A DNA stretch of 64,000 nucleotides from the human T2T-CHM13v2.0 reference genome, Homo sapiens: the NCBI RefSeq assembly GCF_009914755.1, contig NC_060942.1; one strand, given 5' to 3'. The notes beneath the pieces were generated by a model. That model ran no database searches, had not been told where the DNA came from, and saw nothing but the letters and a program-made list of their open reading frames with translations. The position numbers and the translations under genes were made by a program. Shown here piece after piece: positions 45,876 through 60,175 of the stretch (positions are counted from its first letter, which is position 1; the number at the start of each line of letters is the position of its first letter).

Positions 45876-46283
45876 AATAGTGCTATAATTATCCCCACAT
45901 ACATCTAGCTCATACCTGTCCCTATGCTTAAACTCACTCTCCCCTGTCTCCTCCTGAGATAACATCCTTCTTTACAGCCTCCTCATGCATTTCAAATCCT
46001 ATTCATTCTTTAGGCCCCAGTCATGTCCCACTACACCTTAAAGGAAGCCTTTCCCGCAATACTGTAGCCCACCAGACCAACACTTCTACAAAATGCCTGT
46101 AACTTGTAGAGGAGTATGTGCACTCCTCTAATGACACACAGATAATCCTGTATTGTTAGTGTACTTTGTGTATTTAGCTTTTATCACCAAACACACTGAA
46201 GGCTCCTAAAAACATCTGGTATGGCCTCTGTTCTCCAGAATCTCAGCCTACTTAGATAAAGCATCACATAAAAACTATCAACA

Positions 46284-46606
<323 letters not shown>

Positions 46607-46914
46607 TTACAGGCCATTGGAATATGCCACATCCACAAGTCACAAGTACAAACTTCAAAATTCTGATGATCGCCAACATGGTGAAGCAGGATCCACTGGG
46701 CTTATACGCCCATCTGAAAACAGGGAGCAGAGGATCAACGGAATTGGAACTAGGGATGAGAGAAGAAAAAAACCACATGCAAGACAGAGAATGAGCCTCA
46801 GAAGGAAAGTGACAGCATGACACACAACCTCCATGCTTCTCTTCAGCCTTTCCTGGGACCCTAGAGGGGCCAAAGCCCTTGAGATTCTCAACATCCACTA
46901 AGCTAAGCCACCAT

Positions 46915-47380
46915 GAGTTATGGTTAACTTGGGCTCCTAGAATCTGATCCTGAGACAAGGATTCCTGCTCAAGAGACTTGTAAGGCAGTGTTTTCCGGAA
47001 AAGACTGGTAGGGGAGTAGAGAAGGTGGACAAGAGAGGGAAGGAAGTCAAGCTAACATGTGATACTAAGGAAAGTCCCAAGCATGGTAACTTTAGTTCAA
47101 CTGTACAAAGAAACTGAAAACAGTATGGGCCATACTTTAGAGCTGTTCCATTCTCAAGGTGACAAGATAGGAAACTAATGTCATTACAGTGCCATTGGTT
47201 AAGGACTGTTCCCTTTTGCAGAGTGTCAATTCCCAGGCTCCCTATGCACACAGGCAAAACAGCTTCAGGAGCTTTGACAAAGAGATGGGTGCTGGCTATT
47301 GGGAGTGAGCTAACACCAAGGCAGTATGCAGGGAAGGGAGTAAGGGGGAAACAATAGGAGCACTAACAGCATCTGCTGAC
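46915..47380. mobile_element. Old ERVL LTR (LTR33/LTR16-like)
   Basis: cctgagacaaggatt...ctggtaggggagtagagaag...gggaaggaag. Confidence 0.45.
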
Positions 47381-49413
47381 ACTTTTCAAGTCCTCATGTC
47401 TTTAACACTGTCACCACTTTTTGGAAAAAAGAACATCACTCAGAGCCACCAGCAAAAGAAGGAATCATCAGCCCCTCCAGCAGGGGTGACTGGGTACAGA
47501 GGAAACAGGTGGCTCTTGCTGCCTTCAGACTGACACTTGGGAGAAACTTACATTACCTGAGGTATAGGTAAGGGACTGTTAAAGGACACCTGCCCAAAAG
47601 CACAGAAGATCTATTTTTCAAATGATTGGTCCCAAATCGCGCCCTTAGTAAAGGCTCCTGGGTGCAAAGCTGCCATACATATGGTGTGTCTGCCAGTAAA
47701 GTAACCTCCCAGCAGCACTCAAAAACCCACTGCTCAGACACTACCTATCAATTAGAAGCCAAGCAGGAAAAAAGGTTATTTGAAGGCACTGGTTTCAAGG
47801 CACCAGTTTCAATTTGATGATTTCTCATTCACTCTGCTGGCTAGAATCAAAGTAGCATATTGAAAATCCAGGTATTTGAAATAGCAGTATTTAAATTTTT
47901 TGTTCCAAGTAACTCTTCTATAGATAAGAGTTGTATTATTCAGCCTGAGAAGGAGAGGTTACATTTTATGCTTTAAAATCAGACTACTATCTGCAATCAT
48001 CATAATGAAATGGTATTCACCATGCTTGCACATGTGTGGGCTTCTTTCTGGATCTATGCAAAGCAAAGCCCACATTGTCTTTTCCAATGGGTTGGAAGCC
48101 AAGCACTCACACTGACCACATGCATGCCACTGTGACAACAGAGACCATCATCAGCTCCACTTTTGGAGCTGATGTGAGAGTGAATGAGACTGACTCACTT
48201 TGACATCACCCTGAAAGTGTCTGGCACTGACTGGTGCTCTTTCTCCATCCAGAAAAACCTCACTACAAAGAAAACAATTTCTCAAAGGTGAGGTGTTGGG
48301 TCTTCTGAGAACAGGAGTGTCTCTGTTCAAAGAGAAGTGCCCTTTGGCCCCCGACCTACCAAAAAAAATCACATAACATATAAACTGCCAGTTGAAGGGA
48401 ACAGATCAAGAAGAGCAAGAACACATTTAATTGGATGGAGGGAAAAAGAAACTATTTTCTTAGATAACTAGAAATACACTAATTTCTTACTGAACAGGAT
48501 TTAATACAAGCTAATATATATTTAAATGTTTCATATTCCAATAATAACATCTTCTAACTATCACAAAAGCAACAGGTATAATCAAAGGGCTTTAAATTTT
48601 CCATTCCCAAAAATGTATAAATGCTGTTAGCATAATGGGTAATTATTTCCATCATACATAATACATTGATGTGTGTGTCTGGCTCCAGTGTTCATCACAT
48701 TAGGAAAGCCCACTAGCAAGTTAAAAATAAAAGGGAACATTGGCTATTTTGATAATACACTAAAATGAATAATCTCTAAGAAACAAAGTGAATCTGAGTA
48801 GCAGGCACGACTTCCCTGTGTAACTTATGATTCACATGCATACTGAGAAGCCAGCTTGGCAAGTGGGGAGACCATGGTTAGGCAACTACACAACTGCTTC
48901 TCATAGTAAAGCACAAGTGTGTTAATTGCCAGGAAGAATAACAACTGCTCAAAACATAAATCTAGAAGATACTGTCTTGGGTCCCAGAAAATCTCCTTAA
49001 TTTCATAATCAAGACCCTAAATGATTAAGAACTGGAAACCCATTAACAGAGCAAGGTGCAGCCCAGCAGCCCTTAGGGAAGAACTCTAATATTTGTTTGG
49101 GATTAATTATGCCAACCCCTCACACCAATGAAGCTACTTTTTAAGTGTCTTATATCCAAGACCTTTCTCTGGTGACCCCAGTTTTGTACATCTCCATAAC
49201 CTGAGAAAAAGTACACTGAAACCCAAGTTCAGACTCCCACTACTTCATCATTCCTAAGAATTAACATGCAATGTATTCATTTCTAACTAAAAATCAAATT
49301 GAGTATTTTCTCCTACAAGTATTGTCTTTAAAAGCAATCCGATATTAATTCTTGTTCTTCAAAACTAGGGCTCCGAAGATTAAGGGTTTATTCAATTGTC
49401 CATTAGCCTCATA

Positions 49414-50672
49414 TGAGCACTATTTCAAGGTCATGGAAAATGCATATCATGGAAAAAAATTCACATGGATTTCAGAGTTTTCTGCACCAAAACAAACCCA
49501 TAGTTTTATACTTGTTATAACAAGTATGAATGGGATCTAGAACAGGGTCTAGTTTGAGGCACTAAGAAAGTTAAGTCATCAGTTTGAAAAGAAGCCCCTA
49601 TCAGGGCAACATGAATTCTACTAAAATTGAAGCAAGACCAAACATCAAATTTATGACGAAGTGTGGAGAGAAGAATTGTGAAATCATGACTTTATGAAAA
49701 GTTTATGGGGACCATCAGTTTTTAAGTGGATAATTCATTTGAAGAAGGGACGAAGCGATGTCAAAGATGAAGCCTGTACCAGCAGACCATCCACACCCAT
49801 TTGAGAGAAAAAAAAAAAAATGTAGCTTGTTTGTGCCCTAATTGAAGAGGGCTGACAATGGTAGAAACAATAGCCAACACCACAGACATCTCAATTGGTT
49901 CAGCTTACATGATTCTGACCGAAAACAAAGTTGAGCAAAGTTCGCACTTGATGGATACCAAAACTGCTGCACCCAGATCAACTGCAGACAACAGCAGAGC
50001 TTTCGATGGAAATTCTAAACAAGTGAGCTCAAGACCCTGAAGCATTTCTTTGAATTGTAACGGGATGAAATGTGGCTCTCCCAGTACAATCCTGAAGACA
50101 AAGCCCAATCAAAGCAAAGACTGCCAAGAGGTGGAAGAGGTCCAGTCACAGCAAAGATGGACTGGTTCAGAGCAGAGATCACAGCAACATTTTGGGGGAA
50201 TGCTCAAGCCATTTTGCTTGTTGTCTTTCTAGAAGGCCAAATGATGAAGACATCTGCTTATTATGAGTGTCTTTAGGAAGCCAAAGCTTTAGCAGAAAAA
50301 CACCCAGGAAACTTCACCAGAAAGTCCTTTTCTGCCACAACAATGCTCCTTCTCATTCCTCTCAAAGAAGAGCAATTTTGCAAGAGTTTCTGTGGAAAAC
50401 TATTAGGCGTCCACCTCACAGTCCTGATTTGGCTCCTTCTGACTTTGTGTCCTAATCTTGAACTAAATGACCTGCATCTTTTCCAGTTAATAATGTAAAA
50501 GAGACTGCATTGACATGGTTAAATTCCCAGGACCCTCAGTTCTTTAGGGACGAACTAAGTGGCTGGTATAACTTAAAAAAGTGTCTTGAACTTGATGGAA
50601 ACTGTGTTGAGAAATAAAGTTTATATTTTTAATCTTTTAACTCCATTTTTCCCCCACAAACTTTCCCCCTCA
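49414..50672 (+). mobile_element. HSMAR2 mariner transposon, near full length, decayed
   Basis: Fragments MNSTKIEARPNIKF, ETIANTTDISIGSAY, QYNPEDKAQSKQ and SPDLAPSDF match Hsmar2 transposase. Degenerate TIRs are flanked by TA at 49412-49413 and 50673-50674. Confidence 0.92.
49611..50617 (+). pseudogene. Hsmar2 transposase remnant
   Basis: ATG at 49611 to GTT GAG AAA TAA at 50617, with many frameshifts and stops; HDNA changed to HNNA. Confidence 0.88.
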
Positions 50673-52497
50673 TATAATACAGCAATTCAATATTGCCTGA
50701 CAAAGGACTTTGACACATTGTAGGTATATTCAGTTGAGTCACTCCTTTTACTTAGGAGCACAAGTTGTATCTCCATGCACTTTAATGTAACAAAGCTTCG
50801 GCTCTTTGAGCACTCCAGTTCAGATTTTTCCCCTGCCTCACTGGCTTCCAGCCTCCAGTCCCAGCTCCTGAAAACCTAACCGGCTTCAGTGAAAGAACTG
50901 AAAGCTGAGCTTTTAGGGATCCTCCCAATACCTCCACAGCTAAGAGGGGTGGGGTGCCGTTCCAGGGCCAGGACTGCCACAGAGTTCACGCCCTGGCTCC
51001 CACCTCCTCCCCTCCTCCCCCAGAGGCCGTCGCCCATCCCTGATCGCTGCACAGGTGGCCCCTGGTGGGCTCGGAAGCTGTATTTGAGGCTGCTGCGGCC
51101 CCACCCCCAGCCAGGTGACAGCCTCCGCGGCCACCTTCCTGAGCATGAACTCATCCCGGCCCTGCTCCCCTCCAGGAGGAATGGGAGAGTTGAATAATTC
51201 CTCAAACTTAGAAGGGTGGCCAGCCCACGGAGCCGAAGGGCTCCCACATGGGCTAGACAGCCGCGTGTGATCGCCAGGTAAGGACGCGGAAGTGACTGTT
51301 CCTACCCAGCCCAGACCTGTTGGCCCGGGCGGGTGTCCCGGGAATCGCATACCCACGCAACGCGCGTGGACACCACACGCACACACAACTCTGCATGGAG
51401 GCGTGTGCACAGGCACTGTTAAACGTGTTTTGGCCACCCAAGAAGACGAACAGGAAAACCAGGCATTGGACTATCCAAAACTTGTTTTCTTAAAGGGGCA
51501 TGGGGCACATGTGAAGAAAAGGCCTTTGCCCCTCTCACTACTGACTCCACGTTGAAACTCGAGGGGTCCCGGGCGGCTGCAGCGCTGCCGCGAGCTCCCC
51601 TGGAAGCGGTGGCTTGTCCCTAACTTTAACCACAGCAACTGCTGCGGAACGCGGGCGTCTCCGCCCGGGCTGCACCTGTTCCCGATTCGGAGCACCCAGC
51701 CTCACACATCCCTTCTGACCTTGAAGTCATCCTGAAACTCACACCCTGCTCCCGGTTCGACTTTACTCCAACCCCCTCCCCGCAGTCACTGAAGCCCTCT
51801 TTGTACCAAAGGGGCCGCGTCAAAACATCCATCCCCAGCAAATTCACAATGCTCTTCCCTGGGGTCTCCGGAGATAACGGCGCACCCCTCTACCCATTGC
51901 TTACCCTCACTCCATCCAGCCGCCGCGCCCTCACGCCAGGTTGTCTCCTCCCTCTCCACCAAGTCCAGAACCCCCACCTCTCCCAAGTCCAGGGTTCCCT
52001 GTTGTGGGTATGCGGGAGGAAAGGACGCCTCGGAGGCGCGCCCTCGAGAGCCGGCGCCGCAGAGCCCCTGGGGTGGGGTCCACGGCGGGGACAGGGGACA
52101 GCAGCGGGAGCACCGCGGGGGCCCGTCCCGCGCACGGCGCTCAGAGCTGGCAGGGTCGCCCTGCCGTTCGGGGAACTCGGTTGGAGCCGAGCCCAGGCAA
52201 CGAAAGTGAGGGGCGCGGCGGGGAGGGGGCGACAGCCCTGGCTTGGTGCTGAGCCGTGGCGCTGGGGAACCTCTAGGAGCCGGGTGGCCGGTCAGTGCGG
52301 GCGTTCCCGGAACCGCCAAACTTTCTCCGCCAACCGAAGTTAGGGACTCCGAGGACAGTGACGAGGAGGACACCGCGGAGGGGGGTCTCCCGTCACCTCC
52401 CGCCTCCAGTAGCCGAGGGAGAAGGCGACCCTGAGTACTAGGTGGCCCCGAGCGCGCCACCCCGGCCCCGGGGCGCCTCCCTCGCGGCCGCGCTCAC

Positions 52498-52524
52498 CTG
52501 GCTGTAGAGCTCGCCCACCGACAT
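52498..52524 (-). CDS. MYO5B: Myosin Vb, first coding exon (MSVGELYSQ)
   Basis: Minus strand reads gccATG TCG GTG GGC GAG CTC TAC AGC CAG|gtgagc. The peptide matches the recalled N-terminus of human myosin Vb (MSVGELYSQ-CTRVWIPD...). It has a canonical phase-0 donor and lies in a CpG island. Confidence 0.93.
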
Positions 52525-52850
52525 GGCCCGGGCCGGGCGGGGCTCGGGCCCCGGCTCCTGGCTGCCCCGCGGCTCTCAGTCCGCGGCTGGCCCGCCTGGC
52601 GCCATGTTCCCGGGCTGGCCTGGAGTTTCTCGATCTTCTCGCTCTTCTCCGACCTGCCCCGCCGGCTTCCCGCAGGCGCCGCGGCCGGCTCGCTCCCGGC
52701 GGCGCGACCTTTACTCCCGCCGCGGCGGCGCAGCTACGGCCGGACAGGAGTTGCGAGCGCCGGGGGAGGAGGCCGCGCCGCACCACTCCCCTCCCAGGTG
52801 TGGGGAGGAGGCGAGGGCCGGCGAGGAGGGAGGACCCGCTCGCGTCAGAG
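52525..52850 (-). other. MYO5B: MYO5B exon 1 GC-rich 5' UTR (upstream boundary/TSS approximate)
   Basis: GC-rich sequence directly upstream of the ATG. The exact TSS cannot be read from the sequence. Confidence 0.6.
52576..52605 (-). other. uORF MAPGGPAAD* in the MYO5B 5' UTR
   Basis: Minus strand aacATGG CG CCA GGC GGG CCA GCC GCG GAC TGA; the ATG is 81 nt upstream of the main ATG. Confidence 0.75.
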
Positions 52851-52945
52851 CGGACGGCCCGTGCGCCGCCGCGCCTCTGAGCCCTGCCGGTGCCCGGCCC
52901 GACGCGCCCTCCCGCGCCCCCGCTGCCACCTGGGCCTCCGGGCCG

Positions 52946-52955
52946 GGGGCGGGGC
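52946..52955 (+). promoter_or_regulatory. SP/KLF GC box
   Basis: GGGGCGGGGC in the promoter CpG island. Confidence 0.6.
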
Positions 52956-52986
52956 GCTCAGAGAGGAGCTCGGGGACCGGCGCGGG

Positions 52987-53000
52987 CCGCCCCCTGCTGG
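52987..53000 (-). promoter_or_regulatory. CTCF core motif
   Basis: Minus strand CCAGCAGGGGGCGG fits CCASYAGRKGGCRS. Confidence 0.6.
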
Positions 53001-53707
53001 ACGCCGCGCGCGCGCAGGCACAGGTGCGCCCCGGCGCCCGCACCTGCCCTGCCGCGCTCCGCTTCCACCCGCACCGGGCCCCGCGGAGTCCGGCATGAAC
53101 GCGGTGCAGACAAGAAAAGGGAAGAGGAACTAACCAGAGAGGGGGGAAAAAAGAGAAGCGTCTATGGCTGGAAGGCCCCAGACATTGCCCTCGATTTTAC
53201 CTGGCTGTATTCAGCGCTTTCATGATTAAAATTCAGTTACTCGTAGATCGTTATTAAGGCGACCTGGATATACATACACCAGGGATCTTCTCCTTCAAAC
53301 TGAACTCTCTGCGCGGAAATCCTTGTCAGTAAAGTGGGAGTCGTAACTCCTTCTGTACAAATATTGTCCACTTTCGCCCACAGCCTCCAAGGAGACTCCA
53401 GGCCACTCATCTCAGAGGGCTTCTGCTTTTCCGGGAAGTCTCACGTTCTCCCAACCCCCGTCTCGTCTACATGCAGACTCCGGGTCCTTTTGCCACTCAC
53501 TACCTCGTTTATTTGTGTTCCCTCTCTGACCATGGCACTTGGCTGCCTACAGCAACTTCAGCTCCTCTCCTACTTCCAGTGAAAAGTAGAAATTTCAACC
53601 AAGAAAAAAAAAAAAAACTGCCAGAAGTCTGTGGAGGGAGACGAGGGGCTGTCAGAGGAGACACTCCCTTCTGAAGCTGACATCTGTCCCTGACCCAGGG
53701 GTGGCCC

Positions 53708-54993
<1,286 letters not shown>

Positions 54994-55785
54994 TGTTGCT
55001 GTTCTAATTTCTTCTTATTTGGCTTCCACTCAGACCTATCCTATTGAAATTGCCTCATCACTGTGAAGCATGGGGTGGGAATTGATTCAACCCATTACGT
55101 TAAACCATCTCTTCCCTGAGTACTATTTTTCTCTTGTTTTCTCAGCCTCTCTAACCAAACCTTCTCAACATTATTTTCTAGGCCTGCGTCCTCTTCCTGG
55201 TTTCTGAATAAAACTATGCTCCATTTCAGAGATCTCATCTTTCTTCTCAGCCACGCCCCCATTTTGTCTCTTGCTCACAATGCTAATTCTCAAATCTAAT
55301 TCCAACCTTACTCAAGATCCACCTTTCCACCTGCAGATAGGCAATGGTAACAATGCCACTTGGACCTCGGACCAACCTGACATTCATTTGTTTCCATCCT
55401 TTCTCCCCACCCGTAACTGGTTCCAACTGTCTGGCTTCCATCACACCTGGCACAAATGAAAAGCTCAATTCATGTTAACTGAACTGAATCGCATTCCTGA
55501 GTCCTACACTTGGCCAGAGCTTTGTGAATTTCTAATTCCACAATCAGATATGGTGTTTCCCTCCTTTGAACAATAAAGACATTTTAAAACTTACTTGATC
55601 CAGGAAACATACCAAGCGCTTTACTTCTGTGATCCTGTTGAAGCCTCAGAGCAACCTTATAAAGGAGGTTCAGAATATTAAGGCTGTTTCACAGATGGGC
55701 AAAGTGAGGCTTAGGGAAGAAGGGTGTGAAAAACACTCTAGGTCAGACAGCTACTGTTCAATTAAAGTCTCACTCGAGCGTCTAA

Positions 55786-56176
<391 letters not shown>

Positions 56177-56730
56177 TATGAGTCTGCAAATTTAATACAT
56201 ATCCCAGGTGGTGTAGGGCCCACACTTTGAGAAACATTGCTCTGTGCTCCACGGCTTCTCAAAGTAAAAAGAAGATACCTGTTGGAAATGCCTTAGTCTC
56301 CTTCCTGACAGGTGAGGATTTCCCTCACACAAATAATAAAAAGTGAACTTCCAAGGCATTCATTTGCACCCTGTATGATATGTGAACTAATATCCCTTTC
56401 TCCTCCTCACCACTAGGTTCTAAGAGTCTTGAGGGCAGGGACCACACCTGATCCATATTTGTGTCCTCTGCACTTCCTAGAACATGACTTGCACAAAGTT
56501 GATCACAGTAAATAGTAGGTAAATAGAGATATGTTTTGAGCCAAGTCTTAAAGGAAGTACTGCTCATTAATTAGTGGAAAAGAGAAAATAAAGGGATTAC
56601 TAAACAGAAAAATTCGCATAAGCAAAGAAAGAGAGGAGGGATTCCACTAAGAAGAAGGCTTCTTATTCACTGGCCCTTCTGTGAAAGCGGTTTATAAACT
56701 ATACAGTGACAGTTAAAATTATTTTCTTAT

Positions 56731-57004
56731 GGGCTGGACACAGTGGCTCATACCTGTAATCCCAGCACTTTGGGAGGCTGAGGCGGATCACTTGAGGTCA
56801 GGAGTTCACAACCAGCCTGGCCCACATGGTGAAACCCCATCTCTACTAAAAATACAAAAATTAGCATGCCTGCAGACCCAGCTACTTGGGAGGCTGAGGC
56901 AGGAGAATCTCTTGAACCCAGGGGGCGGAGGGGGCAGTGAGCTGAGATTGTGCCAGTGTACTCCAGCCTGGGCAACAGAGTGAGACTCTGTTTCCAAAAA
57001 TAAT
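56731..57004 (+). mobile_element. AluS with small internal deletions
   Basis: TSD-like aat(t/a)attttcttat on both sides. Confidence 0.88.
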
Positions 57005-58044
57005 AATAATTTTCTTATATCCTCTCCTTTACCAAACAGATTCATATCTTCCCCCTTTCCTGCTCTATCCTGAAAACCTCAGTTCCTTAAACAAAGGCTG
57101 TCTTTCTTGCTCATATTACGTACCTACCGTGGGTTGGATGCGGCTCTGCTCTAGAGACTTTCCTTTGGGCTCCCATCTGGAAGCTTCCCTGTGTTGTGGT
57201 GGAAGGAAAAGAGATGCAGCAAACCCCGTTCCAGCTTCTAAAGCTTCTGCTTGAGGACTGACTCACATTTCAATACTGAGAGGGATACACTCACATCTCA
57301 TTGGCCAAAACAAGATGCAGGGCTGCTTCTGAAATTATCAGGGCAGGGCACTGACTGGAGGAGCAACCAGAACAGGACAGCAAATGTTTTCAATAATAAC
57401 ATAATCCGTTAGACTCCTTTCTCTCCAAATTCTGTCTCTTCCAGAAAACTTGTCTTAAATTATGTCAGGATTTCTCCTGAGGTCTGGCCCCCCCAAACCA
57501 GGGCAAGGGAATGAATAAAGTGAATTCTGGATCTGGATGAGGAGCCATAAAGTATATTCACAGTTGGAATATAAACTCCCTAAACATGAAAAGGGGACAA
57601 CTTTACCTGCATGGAAGAAAGGGTGGGAGAAAACAAACTTATCCCTGAACTAAAACCTGGGCATGGACTCACTGACCCTGAATCACAGTTTTTGGGGTGG
57701 AGGTCATCTAGCCTAATGCCCAGTGCAAGAATGCTCACCTTCCCAAATGTGGGACCACCCAGTCTCTGATTAGACACTGCTGCGGATGGAGAACTCATTA
57801 TCCTGTGAGGCAGCCAGCACAGTCATTGAACTTCTGCAGGTCCTCTCTCATTTCCAGAGGTCCATAATGTCCTCATCACCCTCAGCCAGCTGGCAATCCA
57901 CTGCTTCTCTCATACAGATTTGAGTACTGAATTGAGTTTTCCACATTGTATCCAAGAAATGGAAATATGGTTGAAATAGTAGTCCCTGAGACATGGGAAT
58001 AAGGTTGAAGTTGTTTTCCCCAACAGGTGGTCATTAAAGCCTGA

Positions 58045-59032
58045 TTATGGGCTGCTTCTGAAATGGCTCCCAATATTTCTCACCTCCTAATGGTGTCCTT
58101 TTGTGTAATCTCTTCCATTTATGTGTGGGCTAGACCTAGAGATTTGGTTCTAACAATAAAATACAGCAAAAATGATGGCATGCCAGATGCATTAAATTAT
58201 AAAGGACTGTGAGTTTTGTCTTACTGGAACTCTCTCTGGCTCTTGTCATATGCTTGCCCTGAGGAAGAGTTGCTGTGGAAAGGCCCATATGGCAAGGAAA
58301 TAAGGGAGGCTTCAGTCCAATGGCCCTTGAGGGACCAAATTCTCCCAACAACTATGTGAGTAAGCTTGGAAGGAGATTCTTGTCCAAATGAGTGTGATTG
58401 TTAATACTGGGTGTCAACTTGATTGAAGGATATGAAGTATTTATCCTGGGTGTGTCTGTGAGGGTATTGCCAAAGGAGATTAACATTTGAGTCAGTGGGG
58501 CTGGGAAAGGCAGATCCACCCTCAATCCGGGTGAGCACAATCTAATTAGCTGCCAGCATGGCTAGAATAAAAAGCAGGCAGAAAAAAGGGAAAAGAGAGA
58601 CTGGCCTAGCCTCCCAGCCTACATCTTTCTCCCCTACTGGATGCTTCCTGCCCTCAAACATCGGACTCCAAGTTCTTCAGCTTTGGAACTCCAACTGGCT
58701 CTCTTTGCTCCTCAGCCTGCAGACGGCCTACTGTGGGAGCTGGTAATTGTGTGAGTTAATACTGAATAAACTCATATATATATTCCATTAGTTCTGTCCC
58801 TCTAGATAACCCTGAGTAATACAATGAGCTTTCAGATGAGACCTCATCCCCAGCTGACACTTTGATTGCAACCATGTGATCCACCCTGAAGCAAGGATCC
58901 CATAAAGCTGCATCTACCTTAAAGAAACTGTGATATAATTCTGTGACCCATGTAAACTGTGTGATAATAAATGTGTTGTTTAAAACCACTACGTTTGAGG
59001 ATAATTTGCTATGTAGTGATAGATGACTAATA
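58045..59032 (+). mobile_element. MLT1F-like LTR interrupted by MLT2A
   Basis: MLT1 motifs (aatggctcccaa, tgtgggctagaccta, ttcagatgagac, ccagctgacac) resume across the MLT2A insertion. Confidence 0.7.
58393..58823 (+). mobile_element. MLT2A (A1/A2) HERV-L solo LTR
   Basis: tgtgattgttaatactg...gttctgtccctctaga...taataca with perfect TSD atgag (58388-58392 and 58824-58828). Confidence 0.9.
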
Positions 59033-59429
59033 TAATTATATACAAAAGTGTTCTGTGATCCTTGGCTTACTGATAAGAATTTCATTCTAGCAAATTCTCT
59101 CCTCATGATGGCAGGTTCATTCCCCAAATACCTACTAAAGTGGCCATCTTCAAATTGGGGTTTGTGGGGCCCTGTACACCAAGACTATTCATGTTGTTAT
59201 TCCCATATTTTGTTTTAAAGGAATTGGTGTCCAGATCCTATACCTCCATATGTATTTCTTCCTAAACACTGATTTGAAAAAAATCAGGCCTGCAATTAGG
59301 CAAGGGTCATTCTCAGGTCTCAGTTCCCAGGTCCCTTTCTCTCCCTTTGCAAAAGACACATTCTCAGACCTCCTGAGTAGTAGGATGGTGGTTTGCCCAG
59401 GTAGCCAAAGCATGATGCCACACACAAGG

Positions 59430-60160
59430 ACACTTAGAAATTTGGTGTTGAGAAAGCAAGTAACTAAAGAAGGGGCCACAAATTCTTTTGCAGCTCAAGT
59501 AGTTTCCACTTCTGTGCTATCAACAAAATTGAAGCAGGACTTAAGCCAGTGGTCAGCTGACAGATTATTAAAAACAATCTTTTGATGGATCACTATGTAA
59601 TTTTTGGCAACTCAGAAGGAATTCAAAGAATTGAAGGACGCTGTTCCAACAAAACTTGCCTTCCTATCTATTTATTTATGCAAACAAGATTCCTCTCAGC
59701 ACTTATAACAAAAATAGGAATAGATTTTTGAAGCTGTGCAGTAATACTATTTGTGATAATTCAAAATAATTTTAATACTTAGACCACTGGAAATTTTTAA
59801 AATATATTAATTTATATAGCTATTTTTGTTGTGGTTAATTATTATAGGGTGGTTATTAAAAGGACTTCTACCACAAAAAAATGTAGGATAAAATTCCGTG
59901 GAAAAAGTGGAATGGAGTTTCAGGCTTAAGGAACAAAAAATAATTGATTTAAATAACTTGTTTGTGTATTTTAAAAATGGGCAATGGAAGTTATCAAATT
60001 GCTAGGACAGTTAGAGTCCATTGGGTTCATTTAAAACAGTAATATAGTATTTTAAGTGACTAGATACAGCAAAATTACATCCTTTTCAACTATGGAAACT
60101 TAGAAAATATCCAAAATGTATGGAGACATACAGCTTTTAAAAAATTCATTTTGAGAATAT
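59430..60160 (+). mobile_element. hAT-Charlie-like DNA transposon remnant
   Basis: Decayed hAT C-terminal-like coding (tcagctgacaga, aaggaattcaaagaattg, ttcctatctatttatttatg) with an AT-rich tail. Confidence 0.45.
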
Positions 60161-60175
60161 AAGAGCAAGAAAGTC

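Larger units (their letters stand above)
51240..53110. promoter_or_regulatory. CpG island / MYO5B promoter
   Basis: Abrupt rise in GC and CpG density against the CpG-poor background; spans exon 1; no obvious TATA box. Confidence 0.92.

Noticed and set aside
49858-50455. Short ORFs as a domesticated (SETMAR-like) transposase
   Set aside because: Multiple frameshifts and loss of catalytic Asp residues; it is the Hsmar2 family, not Hsmar1.
51786-53225. Long overlapping ORFs (110-224 aa) on both strands
   Set aside because: Stop-codon scarcity in a very GC-rich CpG island; low-complexity R/P/G/A products. The real CDS here is the 9-codon spliced exon.
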